Shown here: piece after piece, positions 28,201 through 40,200 of the stretch
Position numbering within the stretch: position 1 is the first letter of the stretch
How the letters are laid out: each line of letters begins with the position of its first letter
Assembly: GCF_037042905.1 (NCBI RefSeq)
Contig: NC_087247.1
Coordinates: forward strand, 27,838,001 to 27,902,000
DNA from: Lytechinus pictus
Lineage: Eukaryota
Direction of reading: 5' to 3'
Length of the DNA stretch: 64,000 nucleotides
Program-made: the position numbers and the translations under genes
The notes under the pieces: model-generated
Databases searched by the model: none
The model's input: the letters and a program-made list of their open reading frames with translations, nothing else
Told to the model about the DNA's origin: nothing

Positions 28201-31200
28201 GGAAACGTAGATAAAACAAAATAAAAGTCACAAACATCTCAGATGGGTGTGCGATCTATCAGGACATGTTTTAAAATTGTTTTTAGGTGTCAACAAGTTA
28301 AATTATATTTGATATACCTTTCGTTGTGATCCCTTGTTCTCCGTTAAGAGATATTAAATGCGTCTTTTCTTGACGATGTTGGAAACGTAAATAAAACAGA
28401 ATAGAAGTAAAAAACATCTCAGATGGGTGTGCGATCTATCAGGACATGTTTTAAAAATTGTTTTTAGGGGTCAACAAGACACAATAGATTTGATATGCCT
28501 TTCGTTATGATCCCTTAATTGTTCTCCGTTAAGAAATATTAAAGATGCATTTTCTCGACAAGTTGGAAACGTAGATAAGACAAAATAGAAGTCAGTTGGT
28601 AGCCTTTCATATTTGCGATCTATCAGGACATCTTTTAAGATTGTTTGAAGGTGTCAACAGGTTAAAATATATTATATATGCATTTCGTTACGATACCTTG
28701 TTTTCCGTAGAGCATAGGCGGTTCGGGGCGCGAGGGACTCCCCCCCCCCCCCCCCCCCCCCCCCTTGGACGAGCAAAAAAGATAGAAAAAAGGGAAAAGA
28801 GGAGGGAAAAGAGAGGAGTAAAAAGAAGAGGAAGATGAGGGAAAGACTTGGGGGGAAAAAATCTTTCATGTCACTCTATACAATTTTCGCTCGTGCTTCG
28901 CCCTCGCATTGCCTGTTAGGTGATTTTCATATCTTGTTCAATGAGTTTAGATATCAAGTTTGAAAGTTAATTTACAAAACACATTTCACCTCGGAAATTT
29001 AACTTCATTATTTTGTGTGATTTACAAATTGATTTTTAAAAAGTGCTCTGTAAACATGTCAGTTTTATGGTCTGAATATTAATATTTTCTGTTCGTGCTG
29101 CGCACTCGCGAATTTTGATTGGTACCTATTATTCTCGTGCATTCCATAAATTTTCAAAATATCCCTTTTTGGGTCTGTGTGTGCTATCGCGCCTTAGCTA
29201 GCGCTGCACGCTTGCATTTTGATTGGCGAGTTATGTATGTCTCAATATTGATTATACAACAAACTACTTGAAATCCCCTTTTCATTCATGACAGTTTATC
29301 AAAAAAATTGGCTCACGGTTTGCGTTCGCATTAATGGTTAAATATATTAACTTGATGCATCATATTTATAGTTACAAAGGTGCTTGAAATGTCCAGATTT
29401 CAGGCCATAATATCATCAGATTTCGCGCCCTCATTATGCATTCATGAATATTTAAGATATTTCGGGTGATTTCATGCAACTGTCTAGAGTGGGCCATAAT
29501 GTGCCTGCACTGTACATCTATAGGTCCTTGGTTGAAGTCAACGATCCTATATAGCTATAACGACCCCTTGAACCTGAATTGGGTCAATTACGCCGTCTAG
29601 CACGTTTTGAGAACAATGGATGAAGGTGTGAAAATCACAAAGCAGCTAACAAAAGGGAAAATCCGTTTCAATTGACGTTATGCTATAGATTGCGTATAGC
29701 GGTTTGAATGTGAAACCCTGAACATGCTGAATGCCTACTACTGTGTACTAGTAGGTCCATGGTTATAGACTCTATTATAGTTGCGTGCATGTCTTCTCCA
29801 AGCCGATTCATAGCTTGTCGATGGCTTTAATGCACGTAAAATACAAATATACATGTAACTCTAGGTCCCATTATAGGGCATTTTTAACGGAATCGCCGAT
29901 GAGATAATTTTGACAAAACAAAAATGAATCACACTAATTATGCAGCAGCTATGTTTCTAAACATTACATGATCAAAGAAAAGACACGGGATGATATTTAT
30001 TAAATTTGTTAATGGCGGCTGGTCTTTATGATAAAAACATAGGTCTATTTTATCTTTAAGACATGAGAAAACAAATAAATCAATTATATAATTAATGTGT
30101 GTGTTTTACTTTTTACAAACGTGTATCAATCGAACATGCTTGACTTGCACGTAATTAATTTCCTCGTAATTTTTCTCTTATGGCTCGACTGTATTGATCT
30201 TTTATTTTCACTTTGCCGATACCATAATACGAGTAACGACTCGTGAAACGGAAATGTGTAGATTATCTATTATCTAAAAGTCAGATCCGACTTGAAGAGA
30301 AGTGATTATCACATAAAGGGTCGTAATCAGTCATGCATTAAAGTTTTATATCTACCGGTATTAGAAATATGTATTTGTACCCGACTTTGTTACATTTCTC
30401 TTAATGCTGGCTTCCAATCGTAAAATTGTGAGTGGAATTGTTTTGCACAAGTCCGGCTGCCTCCGACTGCACAAGCTTTGACCCCCGTTGACTACCTGTA
30501 GATCCACGGCCAACCGTCGCGACGCGTCGTCTCGACTCTACTGGGTATTGGAGAAGTACCAGGCCAGGGTCGAGTCACTTATACAAGAGCAAGTTCTGCA
30601 TTTGCCGGACTTTTGAAGAGCCTCTATTTTGAGGCTCGGGTTGTGGAGTATGGATTTTTCGTTTATTTGGTTCTCTGGTTATTTTATAATTTTTTTCTTT
30701 TACGGGCATTATAACTATTCCCTTCTACTACCACAGTGCGCCCCCACAAAAAAAACTATACACTTTTGAAATGGCTGCCAAATAAAAAATATATCACTTT
30801 GGGGGGAAAGACTTGCATGTTATGGAAGCCATTAAAATCAACTTTCATATGACACCAAAAAGTTGAAATACTATCACGATTGAGCGAACACTGCCTACTG
30901 AAACAAATGGTATGATAATTATGCTGGGCTGGAATTAGCCTTCCATTTTTTGTCAGTTTTTGAGGGGCAAATCCAGATATTACGGGCAAATCATTTGGCT
31001 TTGGAACTTGCAATGTTAAGGGCGTTGTGATAAATTATTGATCAACCAGTTATGAATGTTTAAGCAAGTTTCATGAATTATTAAATTGAACAAAAATTAC
31101 ACATAAATTACACAAAATTACACATCTTGGGCAACATTTCAACATTATCATGTGGCTCTCAGCAATGTGTTCATTGGAGTCAGGAAAATAGGGGGTGAGA

Positions 31201-34200
31201 TTTGACGTAAGTGGGAGAAGTAGGTTGATGGAAAAATGGTCAACAGAACATTTTAGCCCCCCTCCCTCTCTCTCGCCCACCCCTTCTGTTGAGTGACTGA
31301 TTTTTATTGTCATGTACGCGTGAAGTCCAGAGCAGAATGTTAATTTAATTATAATGATAATTGGGGCATCAACTTTTCCTATCAATCAACAATTTATCAA
31401 TAAATCAACTATTTCAATGGGCAATGTAATCAATCAAACATTCAGTTTTTCAATAAAGTATTTCATAAATTATAATCAAGTCAATTTCTTGGTAATCATT
31501 CAATAAAAAGAAGAAAAAAATTACTATCAGCCACTGGTCACTTCAGTGGCAAATAAGTTTTTAATAGGCTACCATCCAGGAAGTGAGAGGGGTCTGGGAA
31601 ATTGAGGGGGGTGGAGATACATAAGAATTTTATTTGTAAAATGACAAAAAGATGATGAATGCCCTTTCAACCAAGTCTTACCATATCTCGCCCTCTCGCT
31701 TGTAACAGGTACCATCACATTACTCTGACTCACAAAACACACTGCTTAGGTCTACAAGATGAATAGGCTACACTAAATTTACAATTCCTGTTCACTCAAC
31801 CATCATTCTTACAAGATTAAAAAATCATATTTGTTGGGGAAAATCCAGCATAAGTGTTACCTTCCCCTTAAAAATCCCAAACTTAGGATTTTTTTTAAGA
31901 AGTCACCATGCAATCAAATTTTGCCTCATTGTGATGTCAACCATACGATAAATAGACATAAGGAGAAAAATTCGTCCATAATTGACATCGTATACCATTA
32001 TGTTACCTGGTTATTGATCATTCGTTCTCTGTATATGAGGTTCATGGGTCGAATCTCGAACCAACTAAAGAGAGTTGCAGCTCCGTAATTAGCTTGAAGT
32101 AGAAGTTCGCCTTGGTGAGAAACACTCATGAAACTGTTCAGTCTAGGACCTACCTTTAATTTTCAAATGAAATTCAATCTCGACAAGCATGCCCCTTCCC
32201 CCACTGTCATGCCATCACAATCGCCATAATCATAATCATTGTAATCATCAAAACTAGGATTATTATCATAATTAATCTCAGCACCTTCATCACTGTCATT
32301 ATCACCGTCATCATAAAACATTAATAAATTCATCATAAAACATTAATAAATCATCACCGCGGGCGGCGGAGCAGAGGATATATCCTTTGTTCATAGGGTG
32401 CATCATTATTGTCCCCCACAGCAAAATATTATCCTCTGATCATCACTATATTGCTACCATAATCAGCAATCTTGTCGTAATAAATATTCTCGTGATCAAT
32501 TACCATCATTATTACCATCACCATTATAACAACATTATAATTATTATTATCACCATTCTTGTCATTGCCATCATCGTTGGGATTACAATCATAATCATCA
32601 CCATTATCATAATCAGCCATCATTACCTTTCTTTTCGATGTCATCATCACGATCATAATGTCTTTTTTTATTCACACATCATTATGTTTATAGATTAAAA
32701 AACAAAAAAATGTTATTATCGTCATCATCATTACCATCGCTTTCATCCTCATCCTCCTTATCCTTCTTCATTATCACCAACATCATTATTACCATCACCA
32801 TTATATCATCCTCGATCATCATTCCGTTTTCACAAACGCTGACTACTTGTAGTAGTTCCGTCATTGGACAATGTGGTTTGGGAGGATTCATTGGGGTCAA
32901 GAAAGCACAATTAGAGATTATCAGAGATCGTTGCGTAACTTCAGTTGAAACGGATTCTTCCTATTGTTAGTTGTTAATTGTAATTTTCACACCTTCTTTG
33001 TTCGCAACACGTGCGAGACGGTGTTAGTTAATCGAACCCATTCAAGTCGCTCCAGGGCATTCACTTCAAAGCTTCAAAGGGACTTTAAGAGTTATCTTTC
33101 CTAAAACGAAGTAACTCAAGTGCATTGGGGTCTTGAGAATAATTTAAACAAATTCTTGACCACTACGAACTACTCAAAGAACGAATAACAAAGGAGATTA
33201 AGAACTGAACATGACTGGGAAATGGGAATGGATGAGGATTTCAACAAGTTGTATGCATAAATACGAATGCTAGTACCCATGAGCATTGGAGGATGCAGGG
33301 GGGCACAGTCGGTCCATGCCCCCCATTTGAGAAGCAAAATAAACATTTGTAATGTAAAAATGCAAGTCAATCTTCATCATTTCATAATTTCAAATCAATA
33401 CTCGTTTCTTCATCATTTTGAGTTATTTAAAGAAATATACAAGTAATTTGCTCAGCCATTTCATGATATTAAGAGAAGTCATAACAAATATTGAATAATG
33501 TACATTGCTTTATCCAAGTTTCCATCCTCATGATTTTGCGTTCCTAATGCCTCGGTCATATTTGCTCTACGGCGGCCGTACGGTGAGTCGGAAACACCTG
33601 TTTTATCCATTTTTATTCAGACCACGTGTTTGTAGCTATTACAAAAAAAAATGTTAAAACGGTTGTTTTTGACTCGCCGCACGGCCGTCATAGAGCAAAA
33701 ATGACCGAGGTAAGGTCAGGGAATGTTGCAGGAGTTCACCCCCCCCCCCTCCACTTAGATAAAAAAAAATTGCTTGTAATTTTTTTTTTATGAAAAGACC
33801 TAATGGGGGGGGGGGGAGTGAAAACCTCTGTCAAATTTTCATTGAACTCGAACTCTACCTTTCAAAAATTCTGCGTACGCTACTGCAAAAGCTAGAGCTA
33901 TTGGAGCTATACGTGGCGTAAAGAGAAGATTGTTTCATAGCGGCAAAGCTCTGCCTCAAGTACCTTGTATTGTGTATGCTTGCGCGCACATGGTATCTAA
34001 ACTGATATTAAGCGTGCGGGTACACCGCAAGAACGATACTGAGTCGTGACTAAACTTTTCTGAGGACTAATTCGGAGGAATCACGTACCAGTGACAATGC
34101 GGCCGTATTTGTCAGCGTTTTTGGAATTATTATAGGCACGGTTGTAGTCACATCTTCAGGAGCGAACAGAGCTCTGCAAGCTGATTCAGTGGGTCCAGCG

Positions 34201-37200
34201 CCTGTAGACGTTGTGCGCAGTCGCCGCGGTTGATCGAACGCTTTGACGGATCGCATTTTACTTCCGCTGGTAGCCAAAACAAAATTTATTTCCCTTTCCA
34301 TCTTTGTCAGGAATTTACGGGAATTATATACATATTTTTGGAAGCTCACATCATCAGGTACTAATACCTTGGTCACATTTGCTCTAGGGCGGCCGTACGG
34401 CGAGTCGAATGCAGCCATTTTATTCATTTTTATACAAACCACATTATGTAGCTCGTACATAAAATGTTAAAACGGCTGTTATTGACTCGCCGTACGGCCG
34501 CCGTATAGCAAATGTGACGAAGGTGTAAGCATGAATAAGCGATTCGCCGGAGCAAAATTTTTGCGTCCAGGTTCTTGTCCCTTTGAATACTTGTCACGCC
34601 TTCCAACCAATTAATTACGGCACACATCGTCATTCATTATACTAGTAGTTGCACCCTCACAACATTTCACGGCAAACAATTGAGGTAAGGAACTTCTCTA
34701 CACGCGCCAATAAATTCCTCTAGGCTTGCCAGCCCAATGCCCGGGAACAATAGAAGTGCCAGAACGCGACTGCACGGGCTCGTTATGTCACTCCGCGATG
34801 ATCGCAAGGGTGCTCTATTGATATGCAAATTCAACCTCATTAACTTCGTGGCGTGCAAGCCCGTGCATGAAAAGTAATGAGGGCGTGCAAACGCGTTTGC
34901 ACACCCCTCCCGGATATTGACGTCCCGCCTTAAACTTAAATGTAAAATATTCTCATTGCTTCCTGTACTTCTTTGATCCAATGTAGTATGTACTATTTTG
35001 TAATTATCAAAATGAAAAGGATTAGATAAATAACTTACACATGGTGTATATCTATAAAAGTCTGCATACCCATCACAGTCATCATTTGTTGTGCCATCAC
35101 CCTTTTTCGTCATGACACGATTAAGACACAATCTACAGTATCTTGTTTTTTTATGTGAATTCGCATAGCTAAATAAATTGACATTTGATATTGACTCGCT
35201 TCTCAGGTCGTGATACATGCATGTTCTCTTATCACAGTCAATTCAAATCTCACTCTGCACACCATATGTACCATAAATCAGCATTGGATGTACATGTAGG
35301 CAAGTTTAAGTTCATACATTATTCCTTTCACACTGAATTTAGGGAGACCAAAGTTAAGACACATTCTCCTGCCTAAAAATTGTGACAACCTGACTACTTG
35401 CACATCAAAGCTGAATTATCAAAATTGGTAGGGCATCATTAAATTGTTAAAATCGCCCCTGCAAATTTTACTGGCAAGTAATCGTTTGTTTTAGCAATCA
35501 AGCAGTTATCATTGTTTTGCATCCACTAATCTTCACTAAATATGTTACTTAACATGCAAAAAAACTGTCCTAGCAATACTAACCTTGCCTCATCCACTCT
35601 CTTTGTCCATGATTCTCTCCATGAGAGCATGCAGGATAGACGTCACTGTGGTTTTCATGTATGTTCCGCATGTGATTTAGGATAGACTTGAACTTGGCCA
35701 CCATGACCTCTCCATCACCATCTGGGGTTGATGAGGCGCACCAATAAACATGGTTGTTGATGGACCGCTTCCATCTGCCAACAACTTCACAATCTTTCAG
35801 CTTGGACACTGCGATGATCTTTTTCTTCAGACCTAAGATGATAATTCAACCAAGTTTCTTATTCAATATATCTATGCATGTCAATAAGAAATGATCTCTA
35901 CACAAGGGACTGTTACTATCAGAGCAAACATGAAAGAAAACCTTACTTTCAGAGGATACAATTTCTCATTGATGGGCATATGGTGACCAAGCCCCCCCCC
36001 CCCCCCCATCATGTTCTGAAAATAAAGGGGAAAATGGAGGAAGGACCTGGAATTATTCTTAATTCAACATAATGGACCGGACATTGTTCTCAATTCAACA
36101 TAATACATAACAAAACATAAAAACAAAGGATAATTATGAGAAATGAAAGTACTTCCTGCATACCTTTCGCAATATGCCACACATCATATCTATGATTGAT
36201 GTCAGGATAATTCTCTCGGAGCCATTTAGCCACTTGGAGGTGCCTATCTGTCACCAGCATACGTATATTGACCCCCTTCTCCTTCAGACTAGTGAGTCCC
36301 CTTGCCAGACCTTCCAACTCCATCGCATTGCTATTGCGAACTTCATTGCTCTGTAAGAAAATATAAGGATGCAACAACAATTTAAATACCAATTTAGGAA
36401 ATGTGATAGGAAAAAAAAATGGCAAATTGATTCCCTTTGCAATGAAAAATTCTGAGTAGAAGAAATACATTTTGAAAGAGTAATGTGGCTTAAAGTTATA
36501 AAAATAACTTTTTTTTCAAGCTATGCATACATATATCTATATAACAATGCATGCCAGTTTAATTTGATCTGTTCGATTCCCATAGCACTCACCCAAATAT
36601 TGATTATGAATTGTAAAAGAATTGTAAAAGAAAATTTCTTGCCATACCTGGACCAATTGCACATCCAAGATTTTGTTCCTCTTGAGATCCATCAAGGTGT
36701 ACGATCCATACTTTGCACAGTGGCCCGGAGAATCAGACCGCCCATCACCACCAAGGATGAGAGGCTCCCCTTCTGGAATTTCGTTGATCAGCTTCCTCTG
36801 CTCCTTCTTGGCTACTCTGATGACTGCTGGCTGAAGGTACTCTCGCTGGTGTTTCATGAATGTTTCCACTGTAATGGCCTTCACATTCATGTGTCGCAAG
36901 ACACGAAGCACTTTAGTGGGACTACTTCCTCCAAACAGAATAGCACCAGACAAAAGCATGTTGCCCGCGTAGATGTCACCAACCTTTGGCTGACTGAGCC
37001 ATTCCCGGCGAAGACCACAGTCTAGGCAGGTTGTCACAACTTTCAGTGCAGATCCTAAAGATTGTGAAGAAACTTTTTCCACATGCACATTCTTAGAAAG
37101 GCAAGAGATGCATACTTCAAAGAGCTCCATCAGGTTACTCTCAAACACGATAAACTTCTCCTGCATTAAAGGGCTCTTTGGTTCAGATCTGTAAAGAAGA

Positions 37201-40200
37201 CAAACAACAAATAGAAAATAAGAAGAAAGAATTCAGGATTACAAGTATTCCGAGGCATTACTGAAAAGAAAAATGACAAATACAGTTGAATTTGCATGTA
37301 CTGATCACAGGTAGTTGCATATTCACCATATATTATTTAGATCAGGTTTTATATTTATGTATTTTTGTGATGTCAAACAGCTTTGTATTTTACTAAAATT
37401 AATGAACAATGTCAAGAATAGGGTATTGTATATTTATGTCAAATGAATTTAATAGGATAAAACAAAATTTACCTTGACTGCCCTTCTTTGCGTGGTGAGT
37501 TGGTCTCTTCACCTGGAATATATGTGGGGTCCTTGGTCTCATCATCCACTGGTTCATCATCTGCTGGTTCATCATCCGTTGCTTCATCCTCGACATCATC
37601 CACTGCTTCTTTTTCAACATGTTGGTTGGCTGCTTTCAACACAAAAATTCCTTCAGTCTGTGTGACTGCATCACAAAGATCTGCTGCACGCTCTTTCGGA
37701 AAATTCACTTGCTTTCCTATCATGAAGAACATGAAAATGTAAAAGCAACATATTTCCTATTACACTACATGTAGGCTACTTTCCTATTTGGACTGTAAGA
37801 CTCAAGAATAAATTAGAACAGTAACTAAAAAAAAAAAAAAAAATCTAAATGAAAAACTGCAAAACAAAAACAAGAAATAAAACTAAACAAAAATCCTGGA
37901 GACCATAGAAATAATTTGTGGCTCAAACTGTTATCACATCTCTCGGGATCATTCAACAGATTTCTGTCTCAGTCAAATGGAAATTACATGTACCATCACT
38001 TAGGAATACGGAATGTACGTGTATAAACTTGACATTGAAGATTTTTATGTATCCTCCTTTAAAAAAAAGGGGGGGGGGTCATAATCTGGTAAAAAATTCC
38101 TGTATTATACATACAAGTAAATTTGTTCACATTGAATATTAGAGATAAGTCGACGTTATTATTACTGAAAATTTCAGGTTGTCAACACCCAAGCCTCCCA
38201 TGATCATGAACATTGGTGGTGCATGTATTATGCTCGATTAGAACGCATTCAAAATGATCCTCCATTTATCAAAATCACAAAGACTTGCTTTTATCATTTT
38301 CTCCACTTACCCTTTGACACAGTGATGGGCTTTACTTGCACTTTGCAGGTGCGCCTCTGTTTCCGAATGCCAACTCTCCGATGAACCATCTGAAAATTGA
38401 TTAGTTTATTAATGGTTACTCACAAGTATTTTGACTGAAGAGACACATGAATCACTTGGTAGTTGAAATAGAAACTAAAAAGTTGCAACTCCATGAACCT
38501 AAGGATGTAAATTAGTTAATGCTACTGAAATAAATGTGCATTTTGGATAAGTGATGGTTCTTGAGTTACTTTTGCTACACTACCAGGACTACATGTTGTA
38601 TGCATTCAAACTGTTATGAACATTCTGCTTCTGATCAAAACATCCATGATGGCCATTAACATGCAGAAAAAAATTTGTACATTTCCCTCCAATATCCATA
38701 AAACATTTGTGTCATGTACTGAACTTGTTTAATTTGCTTTAAAAAAAATCTGCCTATGGCATGAAATAGAAAAAAAAGTACTATCCTTGATAACACCCAT
38801 GACAATTATATACTGTACAAATACACTCTCCCCCATACACACACAGTGTATGGTTTACTTCAATTTTTAGAAAGTTGGAGGTGAAGAAATTTTTTCAAAA
38901 AACAAATCCAGTTTCATCAAAATAACCTGTGCAACAACAATACACCCAGGGTTGAGGGACATTGTGCCCCTCATATATTATCCAATTTGTCAAGAATAAT
39001 GAATAAATAAAACAAACAAGACAAACAAGCTGAAAATTTCATCAATATTAAGATGTAAAAAAAAAAGATGGTTGAATAATTACATGTACATTTTAAAAGT
39101 TCTGCTTATTTTTCACTTAAATGGTTATATGCATGCACAATTTAGTCACATGTAAGCAAATGAGAGAATCTACATGTACATGTATGATGTCCCTCAATAT
39201 TTCTTTTGTTCTTTGTTTGAATTACAGTACACAACATTTCTTTTTAAAACAGATTTGGCAATGAGGACCAGCTTGACTGAACCATAAAATGTTAAAACAA
39301 TGGCAATTCCATACGTTCAGGGAGAAAGAAAACTTTGTTTCACAGGACAATTGAGAAAATTAAAATATTTTGAATATTTATATAAAAGAAATAGTGAGTG
39401 ATGTCATCAGTTCCTTCACTTGCCTATTTTGTGACATTAGTTCTTTAAAATGTCATACATGAAAACTTTACATTCGATTTTGATGAAATTTTCAGTGTCA
39501 TGCTTGCTGGAATTTTCTCCTTTATTCAAATCAACTTTTTGTTGGAGTGGACTTGTCCTTTCATGTCATAGCATTATCGTTCAATAGTTCAATTTCACCT
39601 ACCTTCACCGAGCACTGGAAACCTTTACTACGCCCAAGAATATCTTTGGTACGTGCCGAGGCTCGTTCCTCATCATCTTTCCGTGTATACTCCTCGGTTA
39701 TCTCGACAACCTCCTACCAAATAAAGTAGAGAAGTAACTATGGTCATCATGATCTCATGAATATAATTTTGGTGGGGAAAACAAAATACGGTCATGACAA
39801 TGTAAAAAGCAGTACAAACAGAACCTATAAATACTGTACATTGAAGAGTATAGAGTTGGAGAACAGGAGAGAGAAAAGTCCTACGTATAAATCTGCTAAG
39901 ATTAAACATATACATTGATGTGTTATCAGAAACTAAAGGAAGTTAAGGAACACTTATTCAGGTCATCAAGTCAACATTGTGAATATACTGGTTATGCTCT
40001 CTCTGATCCCTCTTTTGCTTGGAGATCATGTAGTAAATTTTACATCTTACTCAAAATCAAGAAAATTAATATCATGTGTGCTACATGTAGAATGTGTAAC
40101 GACATCCAAAAGTTGCAGTTGGTGCAAGGGTGGGGGGGGGGGGCATGTTGTGCCTCCTATGATTTTTCTTATTGGAAAAAAAATTAATAAACAAGATGAA

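Larger units (their letters stand above)
14631..34929. mobile_element. 20.3-kb non-autonomous TIR element (PIF/Harbinger-like TSD) inserted in transposase intron 7
   Basis: TTA at 14628-14630 and 34930-34932; ends GGCGAGGCGTCAA / GGCGGGACGTCAA (11 of 13); inverted ATGCAAAT at 14753 and 34823. Removal leaves a 681-bp intron, within the 284-1213 bp range of the other transposase introns. Confidence 0.65.

Noticed and set aside
25075-28710. CRISPR-like regular array
   Set aside because: Whole monomers repeat with no unique spacers; eukaryotic context and no cas genes.
32387-32970. I/H-rich and D/M-rich ORFs
   Set aside because: Microsatellite translation.
38990-39563. Second Kolobok-type MITE in transposase intron 2
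   Set aside because: Only a right-end-like sequence is recognisable; no left TIR or TSD found.
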